A stretch of 63,747 bases of DNA, filler included, from Rhabdomonas costata (GCA_019059605.1; 35 parts of 35 records of this genome joined end to end with filler, not necessarily neighbours in it); one strand, 5' to 3'. Counted from the first letter of the whole stretch, positions 11,512 to 25,388 are shown. The notes: a model not told the origin generated them from the sequence alone. Program-made: numbers and translations.

Positions 11512-12369
11512 GTGCTTTTGTTGACCGGGAACGCCTCCCTGGTGGCAGCAGGAGCAGCAGCAGCAACAGCGCCGCTGCGACCATCCCTGAAACCCTTCCC
11601 CGGGTTCACTCTGCGACGTTTGCGCCGGCCCACCACCCCACAGTTTCCATTTCTACCGCTACCGGGGGCACGTCCCAGGGCTCCCGCCGCCTCCCTGCTC
11701 GCCCTGCACCCCAGCCGAGTCCCCCATTGCAGAGTCTATCCCCGTGTCCCTCTCCTGAGTCGACTCGGGAAGGCGTCCTCAGTTTGCTCGCGGTGCTTTT
11801 GCCCGGAACTTCTCTCCACTTCCAACCTCAGCACTGTGAACCTTCAGGGAACCTCTCCGACACCCTCCCCAACCCTTCACAGGTCATCCCATTTGAGCAC
11901 CCTCCGGCGGCTTCACCCCGCCTGCATCAGCAACCTCAACCACAGGTTCCCATCGCAACATCCCCACCAACCCTGCAGTCCTCACCACAGACGCTGGTGA
12001 TTTCCCCGCTCAGCCCAAGGATTTGGTTTCTTCCGTGTCTCCCGCCGCTGCAGGCGGGTCCTCCGGGGAAGGCAGTTCTTCAGAGACAGCGAAGAGGAGT
12101 TCCTATGAGGGGCTGCCGTGCGCTCCATACTGCGGACACACCGCGGCGTGGGTGCGGACGCGCGGGAAGCGGGTGTGTGTGGGGTGGGATGGCTCAGCCG
12201 TCATCATTTTTCGCCACTAAACGAGACTGCGGTCAAATACGCACCCGAGTCAACTTACGTCCCCAACAACCGACCAGGCACCTGCTGGTCCCCAGAGTTG
12301 TCTTCACCATCACGCCTGAGCGAGACCAGCGCGTTACACTGTGAATATGATTTCGAGCCGATTGCCTGA
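11512..12369 (+). CDS. Ser/Pro-rich C-terminal exons of a hypothetical protein
   Basis: Long low-complexity open frame with AG/GT sites. Exon structure is ambiguous; probable stop at 12369. Confidence 0.35.
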
Positions 12370-13034
12370 CAGTGCCTGACAGTATCCCTACCTGTGGTCA
12401 CCCTTCACCCCCAGTTGTCTCTCTCTCCGTGTGTGGGTGGGTGGCTTTTGGTGCCAGTCACACGGTGCATATCCCCGTCATAACTCCGAGGCAGTGAAAA
12501 GTGTTGGCCAGAGCCCGCCGGAAAGGGGCCATGCCGTGGGAGATCAGCAACGATCTCCGCAGCTGCAGCCATAGCGATAGCATCACTCTTGGTCCCAAGT
12601 TGGGCTTCCCGTTCATTGGTCCTTCACAGGAAACTCAGATAAAGGGTTCACGCAGCAAGTCTCTCTTCATCGTCTNNNNNNNNNNNNNNNNNNNNNNNNN
12701 NNNNNNNNNNNNNNNNNNNTTAATTAATTAANNNNNNNNNNNNNNNNNNNNNNNNNNNNNNNNNNNNNNNNNNNNTCCCCTCGGGTCAGATGTGATAAAC
12801 AACAACACTGACATCCACAGACAGGTTGATGAAACGCACGTCCAAGGAACGTGCGTGAACTCCAGCCAGAAGAACCAGAAAAAGCTTGAGGAGGAAAATC
12901 GGTAAACACCAAGCCATTTGATATAACAATGCTCGAAATAGATCTCACCACTGCTCACCATTTCCACGCATCCTTGAAATAACATCAACTCGACTAAAAC
13001 CACTGAAACCCTAACGAGACAATAGGGTGAGAGA

Positions 13035-14249
13035 TTACGGCCCCGCCTTCCTGGCTTCCATGATGCAGAGCTCGCCCCGGAGCCGGGTCACCCCACTTAG
13101 CTTTAGCCCCGCCTGCTGGAACAGCTTCTCGAACTCCGGCAGGGTGCGCTCCCGGCCCCCCTCGTTCATCACCAGCATCGTGATGTCCCTCAGGGGTAGA
13201 GGACCCGTGGGGTTTGCATTGTCCAGCACGTCCTCGATGACGAGCACCCTCCCGCTGGGGTCCATCGCCTCTCGAATGGAAGTCAGAATCCGCTTGCACT
13301 GCTCGTCGCCCCTAAGTTTGGGAAAGATGTGGGAGGAAATGCCGGTTCGAGCGGCCAGCGAAATCGAAACAATCGCCTCCCATCGTTGGAAAGAAAACAC
13401 AAGCGTAATTTTCTTGCGGTGCTGGTTCCTCGGCTTGCGGTATGGCGGTTTGGGATGAAGTAAGCGTGGTTTGCCCTTTGGGTAGTTGCTTTTGCAGCAA
13501 GACGGAAAGGGGGCTGCGCATTCTGTGAAAGGTAGTTTGCTAACTCCCGGAATTCGGTCTAGGCAACTAAAAAGAACACAAAGGGCACACTATTTTAAGC
13601 TGCTGTCGCGCTAACTCAGGAAATGACGTCACATGTCAAAATGCATATACTATTTCCGCAGCGGCTCCCGGCAGCGAAGCAAAGGGCACAGATAATACAA
13701 CTCCGAAACCAAAAGAGAACGACAACCAGTCGTGAATAATAAATTTCAGCAAGTAGCAGTCCCCGCGAGGCACTGCCTGGAAGAAGTCCCCGCCCACACA
13801 CTCCACTCGCTCCGCAACCCCACACGAGGCCAGGTACGGGGGGGCCACAGCCACGGTCTCGGGAAGGTCAAAGAGAATCCCCTTCGCCCCGGGCAGCTTC
13901 TGAAGGACAAGGACCAACAGCGCCCCCTGGGACCCCCCCACATCCACCACCGTGTGGACCCCCGACCAGTCATAGTCCGAAGACGTGATCGCGCTGGAGG
14001 CCAGATTCGTCACCTCCTTCATAGCCTCCGAAAACTGAAGGCCCTCCTTGCGTTGCTTCTTGTAGTAGCTCCAAACGTCACTCCCCAGGGCTTCATGAGT
14101 GGTGCACTTGCCCGTCTTCACGGCCTTTGGAAGAAGACCGTAGGGGAGATAGTGCCCCGGCATGGTAAACATCGATACGAAGCTGCTCAGCGAACCCGGC
14201 GTCCCGGCCCGAAGAAGCTCCCCCGCAGGGGTCAGTGAGAACACAATGC
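13035..14249 (-). CDS. SAM-dependent class II O-methyltransferase (COMT/ASMT-like), last two exons
   Basis: Exons 14249-13727 and 13311-13035 with GT-AG intron 13726-13312. Motifs VVDVGGSQG, LFDLPE, GGDFF, KFIIHDW|GDE, GGRERT. Confidence 0.95.
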
Positions 14250-14600
14250 CTGCGACCGGGTCCATTGCTTATTCGAGGAAAACGTGCAGGATGACGGTCA
14301 GTGGGAGAGATAATCTCACAGCAATCGTCCGTGTGGTTCATGTCAAACGAGCTTGGTGCTTCACGGAGGTGCGGGGGTGGAGAGATACAACCATAACTGC
14401 AACTCGATTCCTACCGGTGATGCCAGTGAAAAGAAAGAGGGGTGGGGCCCCCGTTTACGGTCAACTTTAAAGCAACCATATGCAAGGGGCTGACCAACAC
14501 NNNNNNNNNNNNNNNNNNNNNNNNNNNNNNNNNNNNNNNNNNNNTTAATTAATTAANNNNNNNNNNNNNNNNNNNNNNNNNNNNNNNNNNNNNNNNNNNN

Positions 14601-15042
14601 GTGGTGTTTTCCCACGTGCCCTTCACTGGGGAAAACAGCGGGGAGCACGGTGCGCTATGGCACCGGACGTGGCTGCCGTGGCGCCCGACCTCGCTGCCTC
14701 GGCGGCGGGACTCAGGGCTCTGGCGGGAGAGGTGGCTGAGGATTGAGTTCTGGCGGCTGGCAAGGCGGAAGCTCTGGCTGAGGGCCGTGCTGACGGTGCT
14801 CTGGACATGGGGCAGCAGGGAGGAGCGGTGGCTGTACTGCGAGGACTGCTTCCGCAAAGGGGTAACCTGCGCGACGACGAGAGAGGGGGAGAAGAGAACA
14901 GAGAAAAGGGGGAGAGCAAAAGGAAGAGAGGGGTCGAGAGTGACAAAAGCAGGATTGTCGAGGTTTCGTTTGGATTTTCTGGCGTGAATGCTTCGTTGTT
15001 CAAAAAAGTGTGAGAGCGGAGAAGTGAAGAGAGGGAAGAGAG

Positions 15043-15077
<35 letters not shown>

Positions 15078-16248
15078 AAAGCACCACGGCAGGGAACCTT
15101 GAAGGAGTGGGCCTTTGGGGTACTGGTGTCCAGCTTCCCGAAATCCATCATCGTGAAAACCACGAACAGCGGGGCGGACGCCGGCCCCGCTCACGCAGAT
15201 TAAAAGAAGGCTTGCTGTGAGTTGCGCTCGCACTCACGATAGTTTGGGAGGAAAGCCGAGAGCGTAGGCAGGGGTGGGGGTTTGAAGAGTCCGGTCAGGG
15301 GCACCACGGAGGGCCACGCGCCGCAGCGGTGGGGCCACCAGGTGAAATGAGAAAGGGACAGAAGACGCGGATACAAAACAAAATGGAAGGAAGGTCTGTG
15401 GGAAGGATGCGCTCCTAAAGATACCCAAGGAAAGGGTGTGAGAAAAACGACGTTATTCAAGCCTGCCCGCATCCGTGGGCGCGCATATACAAGTCACTCA
15501 GAGTTGAACTAGTTTTTCAGCCTTCCGTTGCCTCCGATATGATACAACACCCTCCACCGGGTTTCGTGTTCACAAGGAAGCCCGTCTTGGATGGAACCCC
15601 GTCTCCGCCGTTACGGTGATGCTATGTCAATGAACTGTGAAAAATCAAGCTAAAGCACGTACCACTTCGGAGTGCTGATTCCGTGAATACTGCATTGAAT
15701 TTGGAGGGTTGCCAAGAACACCATCATTGTCCCCACGCCCATGACCTCAGCCAAACTTCAGAATGACAAAATGACTGAAGCAAGGGGCTCCACAGAAACG
15801 GCAAACACAAGCACAAGTCCAAGCAACGCAACGCACAAACCACACAACTGCTGAACCAGAATCCAAGCAAAGGTATCCCTTCGAGCGTGCATCCGGGGAG
15901 CCGCAGTTAATGCCACAGACAGCTGCCGTCTCTCGCTTCCCGTTCCCATCAGAGCCCAAACGTTACGGCCAACGTGGGGTACATGGCGGGTCTTACTGGG
16001 CTACCAATCGCGCTCTCCAGACTCACGCGGCATTCTTGCCTCACCTTCGGCCTTGTACTCCAGAGCGGTGACGGGGTGGCTCCACTGCGTCGCTGAGCTG
16101 CCATGGCGAAAAAAGAAGAAGTTCCCGTAGGTCCTGCTGACGCCATACTCCCAGCCCTCGGGCAAAGGCAGAGGGAAGGGCACCGTACGGGACAAGGAGG
16201 ATGAGCCACCAGGCAAAGGTCCTTGCACAGGCGGCGAGGTCTGAGAAC
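14601..16248 (-). CDS. WW-domain protein, partial
   Basis: Exon 16248-16045 encodes LPEGWEYGVSRTYGNFFFFRHGSSATQWSHP. Phase-compatible downstream exons near 15190-15098 and 14866-14601 (Ser/Arg-rich). Confidence 0.75.
15046..15072. repeat. (GA)n microsatellite
   Basis: agagag... run in an intron. Confidence 0.9.
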
Positions 16249-16771
16249 CTGGAACCAAAGGCAACTCAAAGCCACGCAACCCTCCACAAAAATTCCCGCT
16301 ACAAGCCGAGTGGCTTAACCCACAACNNNNNNNNNNNNNNNNNNNNNNNNNNNNNNNNNNNNNNNNNNNNTTAATTAATTAANNNNNNNNNNNNNNNNNN
16401 NNNNNNNNNNNNNNNNNNNNNNNNNNGGGTGTGGGGTGAGTGCCGCATTTGTAGCACAAAGCGGTTGGGGCCGATGCACCGGCCCATCCTCACGCACCTC
16501 ACCATATATGGCCCTACTTGCTTATGTCTCGTTTTCGGTGTTGTCTGGGAAGCGGAGATTTTTTTTCTGAAGCCCGACCTTTTTTTTTTGGCAAAGCTGG
16601 CCTCCCATAGTTGAAGAGCACTACGCTTGCAGATGAATTATTGTATTGTTCGTTCGATTTCTTCACGATGAGATAGTCAGTTAGGGCATGCGGGCACATT
16701 TACATTTACACATTTACATTCCGCTTCTGCTTGCTTTATTCTTGCTGGAGTGGGTATTTTCAGGCCCTCAG

Positions 16772-17349
16772 GCGTTGGAGCTGTGCCGACGCGGGCCACC
16801 CCATACTGATGATGCATCCCGGTCGGAAGATGAGGACGGCGTGCCAGGTTGGAAACTTGTTCGCAATTTTGCTTGCTTTCCTTGCGCTGATTTGATTGCT
16901 ACTGCGCCCCCCTCAGCTGTTCACCTGGCGACATTCGCCCTTTTGCTTTTCAATATCTCCGTTATCGTTTTTCTGGGATGGATAAATTCTACTGCTGCGA
17001 TTTTTGATGTGATTGACTCTTGCGCTCCTTCCCACGTCTCGGTTCTGACATCCTCCTGCTCGCTTGCCCAGAGCCCCTGATGGAGCCTGCCGAAGCCCGG
17101 TGGCCATCCAAGAAGCGCGGGCACCTCGAGCAGCCAGTTGGGTCCTCGGCTGATGTGCAAACACGCAATTCTCAGCCCACATCGAATTGAGTGGCCGTGT
17201 TTCGTGGGCCAACCTTTTCATTGGTGGCGCTGCTCCGTTGTGCTTTGCAGGGTCAGGAGGAGGTGGAGGTGATCCGGTGCACAGGTGGCAATCGTGTTCC
17301 AGAAGGGCAAGGGCCTTCTTCTGAAGGGAAACAAAGCGAGGGAAGGTAG
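16772..17349 (+). CDS. Three short exons of a hypothetical low-complexity protein
   Basis: 16772-16847, 17072-17136 and 17251-17349 join in phase to a TAG stop. Confidence 0.4.
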
Positions 17350-18843
17350 TGCATGTGATGGCACAAAAATCGGAACGCTTTCCGATGCTCAATGATTACG
17401 CGGAAAGCAACAGAAAGGTTGCGTGTTATGGTGTTCATTTTCTTCTTTTTTTACCTGTTTCAAGAGAAGATCGGAATCGGTACAAGGGGGAAATCCTTTT
17501 GCTCACTTAACCGCCAATTCTGCCCCCACCTCTTCTTAATTTCAACTTGCAGATATGCCTTAGAAGCTTGTGTAGCCTGTTCTGTTGCAGAGTTTTCTCG
17601 GTTAAAATGCCCCAGCGACCATTCTTTGAGGTGAACCGTTGTGCTGTATGTGGTTTGTGTGCAAGTAATGAGACCTTTGGACCACATTTAGATTGAATTT
17701 AAAACAATCTAATCTAATTTATTTTGATTCATTTATCCCAATATCAGTCAGCACCACAAAATCCATCCACGCCGGACTCATGTGCGCGTATATCAACGTC
17801 CGAAACGCTTGTTTCATCCTCTGATTGGTTCTCTCTTCCTAATCTTTCGTCTGAGTTTTGTCTGAGGATGGTATGTTTAAAACCTCCTCTCCTATATATT
17901 CGGAAATGTCATTAGCTCCTTCCAAAATGTCACGAACCGACTTGGTAACCGGCTACCGGGATGGCTGCTCCGCCCGGAAATCCGGAAACCAAGACCGAGG
18001 GATTCGGACCGCTGCTCGGGCCAATCCTCTACAAGGGATCTGGATAAAATCCCCCACATTGTACAATTTGACTGTTAATCTTTCTTTGCGGTCCCCTGTG
18101 CATCAAATCCTCAAAAGGGCGCCGTTCACTCGCATAATCCGCCCCCCCCACNNNNNNNNNNNNNNNNNNNNNNNNNNNNNNNNNNNNNNNNNNNNTTAAT
18201 TAATTAANNNNNNNNNNNNNNNNNNNNNNNNNNNNNNNNNNNNNNNNNNNNGGGGGGGTGGTATAAAGATTAGGTGGGGCATTATTGGGACCCTGCCCCC
18301 AATGCGGCGGCCCCCTCAATGCAATTGCCCCGGTTCTTTTTTTTGTTTAATTTTGATATTTTTCCACTTTTTCGTTTGTTTCGACTTTTTACGTTCTGTG
18401 GTTTTTCCTTCCTCCACAGTTTCTTCAAGTGAAAATAACGAGCCATTTTTATTCGAGGAATTTTTGAAAATGGAACAGTGACGCGAAACCGAAACAGTCA
18501 TCTTGTTTTCTCTGCGGCAGCTGCTTCAGCTTTTCCTTTTCGATCATTGCAGTGAGAGGCGGACTTTTCCTGCCTGAGTGTGGTTTTTGCCATACATTCA
18601 CTGTCTCACTCCCTAGGCCCGTGGGCCTTTTCCATTTCCGCTTTGAATCGCAGAATGGGCTCGAGCCCTCCCTTCCCCCCAATGCTTGTGGCCCAACCCA
18701 TGGGCTGCTTCTCCACAAGATAGCTCCCCCGTGCCCAACGCCTTAGGTGTGGTGGAGCTCTCTAGTGGTCACTCCTTTCTGTTCCTGACGCTGCAGACAA
18801 AGAGTGGGAGAGAAATTAGTCGGGCGATCGAGGGCTCCTCTCG

Positions 18844-19699
18844 ATGCTATGGTACGAGCCCCCGCCATGCCAGGCAGCAGCGGCAGCGGTTGCCATGGCA
18901 TGCGCGACGGGATGTGGCGGAGGGGCAAGTAGTGGTGGGTTTGTGGAGGGCGGGGTGGGCCTGGTCAGGCCGGAGTCCGCGCAGTCGCAGGGCAGCATGG
19001 CGTCCGATGCCTTCGCGTCGTCCCAGGTTTCCTTGGTGGACTTGCAGTTTGAGGTGGACGCCGACCATGAGCGGATGGTGCGCCTGATGGGGATGCGTCG
19101 ATGAGGCTGGGTGGGGTTAGGACTCTAGCAGCTATCTGCTTTTTCAGAGGGCGGGACGAGTTCCTGCTGCGCTGCCCTGGGTGTTTGTGTATCGGTGGAT
19201 TTTGAGATGCATCTGCAATGGGATTCCGAGATTTAGATGAGGAAGTCGGCAGCACATCATGGTGGCGTGGGCCTTGGCCTTGCAACGGCTCTTTCGATAC
19301 TTCTCCTGGATAATGTGATCTCGCTGTCTTTGGCTAGTTACGATGGGAACTGTCATGGAGTGTGACGGCTTTCTCGGTTGAGGCGTGTGGGCTGTGCACG
19401 CATATTTTGATTTTCCGTTTTCTTTTTCCGCACTGTCGAATGCCTCCGGATCGTTGATGTACTTTTCCGGAAACCTTCTGTGGCTGCAGCCCCCCCACCT
19501 CCCCTCACGCTCCTCAAAAGGTGCACACGCTTTTTGAGGAGCTGGACTGCCGGCTGTGTTGCCCTACCAGCAAGGCCCTTCCCCCGCAGGACAGCACCTT
19601 GATCACGGAGTTCAACCCCTACCGCGCCCGCGGAGCGGCCCTCCGTGGCCAAGTTGCAGATGCCCAGTTCGAGGAGTGGGCTCACCTTCCCCATCTGAG
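18844..19699 (+). CDS. FAM149/DUF3719-like protein, first two exons
   Basis: Exons 18844(or 18895)-19077 and 19521-19699: FEVDADHERM|VHTLFEELDCRL...QFEEWAHLPHLR, resembling the FAM149 VxxxFEEID...EWxxxFPHLR block. Confidence 0.7.
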
Positions 19700-20411
19700 G
19701 TGCGCCATCTTATCACCACATCGGCTCAGCAAGAAGTTCAGCATCTCTTCTTGCGGGATTGCTTCTTTTTGGGTGGTATCCATCATCGAGAGCCGGTGTG
19801 TGTGTGAAAGTGGGGTGCACGTCAATTGGAGGTTCACCATGCGTGCTGTGCCCTCCCTTGTGGTTTACGTTTTGGGATTTGATGCGCATGGCTTCCCTCC
19901 CAAGCAACGAAATTTCCGAATTGCCTCAACCACAACGTTTTACGACCCCCCACCCCCCCAAACACACCCACCGCANNNNNNNNNNNNNNNNNNNNNNNNN
20001 NNNNNNNNNNNNNNNNNNNTTAATTAATTAANNNNNNNNNNNNNNNNNNNNNNNNNNNNNNNNNNNNNNNNNNNNGTGTTGGTGTGTGGGCGGGGGTTTC
20101 CCCTTCATCTCCCCTGGGGATTTGTTTAGCTTTAAGATCCAAAGCTGTATTGGATTGCAAACCAGCAGGCTGAGAGCGGTTTCAGGATTCAGTGATTAAG
20201 GTGCGCCCTTTTGTGTGTGTGTGTGTGTGCATGTGTGTGCCCGTGGAGCTTTGGACTTTTGCCATGCGCACAGTGACGCGACATTATGGATACCCACCAT
20301 GAGAGCAACAGAAAAAGTGAGAGATAAAGCAAGCGCGGAATAAGGGGAATTTATTGTCGACGACGACATCCCGATAAACAGAAACCACATCTCAACAACC
20401 AGGGGGTACAC

Positions 20412-21656
20412 CTTTCGTGGTCATCTGCTGGTGCCAGATCAGGTACGCACAGGTTACGGCCACGCTGCGGAGCTTACCATGCTCACAATGAACCATCACC
20501 TTAAAAAAGAATAGCAATTGCCAAAATTCAAATAGCAGGGGATTTTTCTACCTCGCATATTCCTTCAACGTAAGTGCGTAGAGCCAGATCCCCAAGCAAG
20601 CGCTCTCATTTAACGGTTTGTAGTACCTGCCGCAGGCAGGGCAAAAAACAGAGAAAGGCTGTGGACTGAAGCGGTGGAGAGCAAGGAAGCACAATGTCAA
20701 GGGGAAGACAGCGGATACAAAAATACAAATGGTCTCCTTCGAAAAAAAAGACTTGTTGTATTTTGGCATTCTTCTCAACAACCGTCCGTCTCGTGCGCAC
20801 AGCAACTTGAGCACGAGGAAAAAACAACTTGACCCACTTGTCCCCCTTCCCCCTCATGCGCCGCTGTGCACCTTGACGCCCTGGCTAACGTGGTTGTGGA
20901 TGAACTGCACGATGGTGAGGACGTTGTCCTGGGGAGGCTCCGCGAAGAGGGAGCTGGGTCCCCGTGAGGGGTCCCCAGGCGCAATGTCGTCGTCCAGCAG
21001 GTAGAACCTGTGACGAAGCACAAAGCAGACCTTTGTCACGGTAGGGGCCCTAAAGTGGTGTGGTGGGGAAGGAGTTCGGCCATCCCAGGATGCAGAGAGG
21101 TGGGTGTCATGAAGAACTGGGGCACAGATGTGGAACGCTGGCTGAAACATCAATTCGAGTGTAACTTCCCTTGCTGGCGCTCTTGCGCCAGCAATAGAAA
21201 GCTGGGAATGGTAAGCCGCGGAGAAATTCAGGGTTGGGGAGAATTACATTACATGGCCGATGACGTAATCGGAGGGACAATAAAACCACCAAAAAAAAGC
21301 CATCAGTGCAGTCACCGGCCCCCTCTGATGCGGCTGAGTCGCGGTCGGCATCGGATTCCATTCGCTGCTTTTTTCAGTCTTGAGAGGAGGTAAGACTGAA
21401 AACGGGCACCTTTTTCAGATGCGGTGCAGCTCCGGGCTGATTAGGACGTGTCGATTTGTGTGCAGAACGCATCGAGTCCAGTCCACATCCAGAAGGCGAG
21501 CATCTTCACATCCCCCTCTCCTGACACACTTGTGGTGCACTTCGGGGTGTTCCGACATCAGCTGCTGCACCTCGGGCGACACAGCGGCGAGCACAGACAC
21601 CACCGCGCCGAAGCCCTCGACAGCCCATCGCCCGCTCAGCACCATTGCCAGGTCCC
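20412..21656 (-). CDS. Dual-specificity protein phosphatase, internal exons
   Basis: Exons 21656-21530, 21007-20872, 20499-20412 join to ...YLLDDD...IVQFIHNHVSQGVK|VMVHCEHGKLRSVAVTCAYLIWHQQMT (HCx5R). The catalytic exon is absent from the ORF track. Confidence 0.88.
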
Positions 21657-22636
21657 CTTTTACGTTAATTTTTTTTGTTTTGCGGTGAGGAAAAAACAAA
21701 GTGAGAGCAAAAAGACATCAAAAGAGAGAGAAGGCGTCTCTTGTCGATGCCGAATGCAACGCCCCTCACTCTCGTACTCAATGCACGTGGAGCCAGGGNN
21801 NNNNNNNNNNNNNNNNNNNNNNNNNNNNNNNNNNNNNNNNNNTTAATTAATTAANNNNNNNNNNNNNNNNNNNNNNNNNNNNNNNNNNNNNNNNNNNNGG
21901 GTTTTTGGGAGAATGGCTGTGGATGATGTGCTAATTTTTGCGTCTTTGTGTGGCGGTTTGGACACTGTGTATCCTGGTTTGTGTGATTCAATACCTCGAT
22001 TTATTGTTCTTTTTTTCGGGGGAATTCCTGGATGAAAATTTCTTGTTGTGGCAGTTCAGCGATATAGTTGCTCTGTCGGCGAACTATTTGGGAAGGCTGT
22101 AACGTAGGCTCACTTCGAAGGCTGCACCAGCTCCGCAGTAGACCAACTCATTGTGTCGTGGCGGTTTCATTAAACCTGCACATAACGGTATCAAACGGGA
22201 ATCTGCAAGTTCCTCTGTGATGCACTTGAAACCGCTTCACCCCTTTGCCAAGTGGAAAACCGCTGTCAAATTTTTATAGTGGTTTTGTGCAACCCTTGGG
22301 ACGATGCTGAACGATTAGATTCACACACACACGGAGGGCGATTCATGCTTTCGAAAACTCGAATGGGCTTTCGCCCATTTCTTGTACCTTATTCCTGCTA
22401 ACAGCAGCATCTATTCGCCTTTAGGCCCGTCCCCAATCTTTTTGCAAGTTCTTTGACTGTGAGGCATTTCAAACAAACACTGTGTACCTGTCTGCGTGTT
22501 GATCACATTATGAAGGGGATTTGAGTGGCATGTATACCAGGAGGTAGAGGGCGATGCATCAGGTTTGTGTCATGTGTCGTGCCCCATCCTAATCCTTCCC
22601 CCTCCCCTCCCTATCCCCGCCCCTGCACTCTTGGAG

Positions 22637-23159
22637 GACGATATGAATTCGCGCAGTTTTTGCTGCACATCGGAGACATCAGAGCTTCCCTTAATTTTAA
22701 GCGGGTTTCCATTAGGACGTCCCAGGATCGTTCGCTTATAGCTCGGGCCATGCCGCGGACTAGCTTCCGCTCTAAAAAAAAGTGTGTTTCTCCGGTGCGA
22801 CAATAGTAAAATCTCACCCCTGCTCGTCCCAAACGAAAAACACTCCTTTAATCCTTCAATGAGGTCGAAATGGATGGATATGTTTGTTTGGCATAGAGAT
22901 TCGTATGCACGCGCACGAAAAATACGTGCAAGTTTCCCTTAAGGATCCACATCCGACTTCGCAACCTGGGTCGAGTGTCCACCTCAGGCAGTGGACCCTG
23001 CACTGTCTTCGGGATGTGGCCAAGATAGTGCGCTACATCACCGTGGATGGCTTTATGGAGCTTCGCGAGGAAAACCCGTCTTCAGAGGGACTGACGGGAA
23101 GTTCTTCCGGAGGCGGGGGTCTTCGTCAGGATGATAAAGGAAAACGGCTTCCGAGTTGA
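22637..23159 (+). CDS. Possible exons of a hypothetical protein
   Basis: 22637-22704 (RYEFAQFLLHIGDIRASLNFKR) joins in phase to 22944 onward (DPHPTSQ...WTLHCLRDVAKIVRYIT). Confidence 0.35.
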
Positions 23160-24032
23160 CAAAATAGAAATGACCGCAACCCCTTGTTCTCGATTTGCTG
23201 TTTGTTTGCGCCTCCCGCACCTCCTCTTTCCTGAAGCAAGCGTTTGCCCTCGATGGCGTGCCGATTCGCTGCAGATTCGCTTGACTGCTTCCTTCGCTTA
23301 TGTTTCGGGAAAAGAAGTTAGTCTTGAGAGGGAGTGATGAGGAGCACCGTACTACGGCCTGGGCTTGGAGATGAGTTGGGGGGGGCCCAAAGGCTAGTGG
23401 ACTTGCTGTGCTCAGGTTGTTGGTTGTACCTTTGACTCTTGAAGAACGGGAATTGAGGAAGTGCGGAGGGGGTTGGGGTGTTTCGGCAGCCCCTTTATTA
23501 CGGCCGTTTTCAGTTTGTCCATTGCCCTCTGCCAGCTCAGTAGGAACGGCACCCTCGTTCTATGTTAAGTGTTGAATGCCGCTGGGGTTGGGTTGTTGCG
23601 GTGATTCCACCAGCACCCAAAACNNNNNNNNNNNNNNNNNNNNNNNNNNNNNNNNNNNNNNNNNNNNTTAATTAATTAANNNNNNNNNNNNNNNNNNNNN
23701 NNNNNNNNNNNNNNNNNNNNNNNTTCTCCTCAGCCGTTTGCTTGCCTTGAGGTCGGTACGTCACCACAGGTAGGATACCACCAGCAGTCGGAAACTGCGG
23801 TGGGCTCCAAGTTCTTCCACACGGTGCGCGCGCAGTACTTGGATAAAACCGAGACCTGAGACCTGGAAGGCAGATTGGGGCCAAACTTGTGTGTGTGCAC
23901 AAACTACACTATCACTACGGCTGAACAGGGACGGATATAGACGGATTACAGACTGACACAGGACATAAGCGGGGGGGGGTCATCATCTTAGACACAGCCC
24001 TTCGCTGTGAGAGAGCCCGCCCGTGCTGGCAC

Positions 24033-25388
24033 CTTTGCAACTCGCAGCTCCTCCCGCAGCCGTGTGGCCTCGGCTTGGCTGTCGGCCAGCTCAGCGAGTG
24101 AGCGCCCCCGGCCTTGGGACAGGGCCTCCTGCACCAACAGCTCGGCCTGAGCATCAGCCAGCGCGGACTGCAGCGTCGCGTGCTCCTGTGGGGTGCCCAA
24201 GACAAAAACCGCGAAAGAAAAAGGGTGAGGGTTGATATGGTCTACCCCACTCTCGAGCTCACATTCAATAGGTCTAGAGGAGACTCTGATGATAATGCGT
24301 TTAATGGCCCATAATCACTGCTGTTGTGCTGAGGCAAAGCGCTCAACCTCAGCCCAAGTCTTTTCACATCCAATGGGAGCAAAAGAGGGGGCCATCACGC
24401 GCCAGAAGACCTGGCGCCCAAGAGTGCTCCAGCACTCCGCAGCCTCCTGCGCAATCTCCGCCCTGGCCTCGGCCTCGCGGAGCATCAGCAACCAAGGCGC
24501 CGCGGCGCACTCCCGGCTCAAGGCGGCAGAGGTCTGGCGCTCCTGACCCAACTCCCAGTTCAGACGCTCCAACTGTGGGAACCCCGAGCAAGGGAAAGCC
24601 TGGCCTACCCCACTCTCACCCCATCCCAAAGAAAGGCAGCCAACTAACCCTGAGCAAGAGGTTGGGGTAAGGGAACACACGGACAAGACGAAGAGGGGTA
24701 ATGGTGGTAGTGGTACGAGAAAATAGTGGATTTCAACGTGGCACACTTGCCCACATCAAAGAAAATTGATATTCCCACGGATGATGGGTGCACCAAGCAC
24801 CACCACAGCACAAGGTGTAAGGACCATTACTGCTGGAAGTCAGTACGTTGTGAGGCTCGGCGCTCCCGGCACTTGGGCAGCAATGCCTACCGGATGGAGT
24901 GACAAGAAGTTTCATAACAATCACGCTGCAGCATGTCGCGGCACAGCAGCGAACAAGATTCGTAAACGGGGACGAACGTGGACAAGCATTCTGTGAAAAG
25001 AGGTGCGGAAAGGGAGTCAGACCTCCTGCTGGCACCGCAGCTGGGCGGCCTTTCCTTGTGCCAGAAGCTGGGCCTGCTTTCCCAGCCGAATCTGGTCAGA
25101 GCTCACGGTGTACTCTAGACTGGCGATCTGACGAATTGCTCGCCTGAGCTCGGCCTCACTGTCTTGCACCTGCGGAAACCAGAGAGAGAGATAGAAAGCG
25201 AAGGTACCGCTTTGTGAATTCATGGCGAATAGTTTATACACACAGCTGATCTCACATCAAAATGGGAAACCGACCTGCTTGCTCGCCCACGCAAAGAACT
25301 CGGCGTTGTGCTGCACGGCGTCGTGCAAGTAGGCATCACGGGTGGCGTCGGCCAAGCACCGACTTTCCAGGTTGTTCGCAAATGTCTC
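24033..25388 (-). CDS. Coiled-coil protein, four internal exons
   Basis: Phase-0 CAG/GT exons 25388-25275, 25169-25023, 24572-24411, 24185-24033; A/E/Q/R/L-rich. Confidence 0.8.

Noticed and set aside
12630-12675. Box C/D snoRNA on the minus strand (ATGAAGA...CTGA)
   Set aside because: Imperfect C box, and the segment reads equally well as a protein end DDEERLAA-stop.
14601-14987. Plus-strand Trp/Arg-rich ORF
   Set aside because: Antisense shadow of the spliced minus-strand exon.
17688-17712. Small inverted repeat ttagattg/caatctaa
   Set aside because: 8-bp AT-rich arms are expected by chance.
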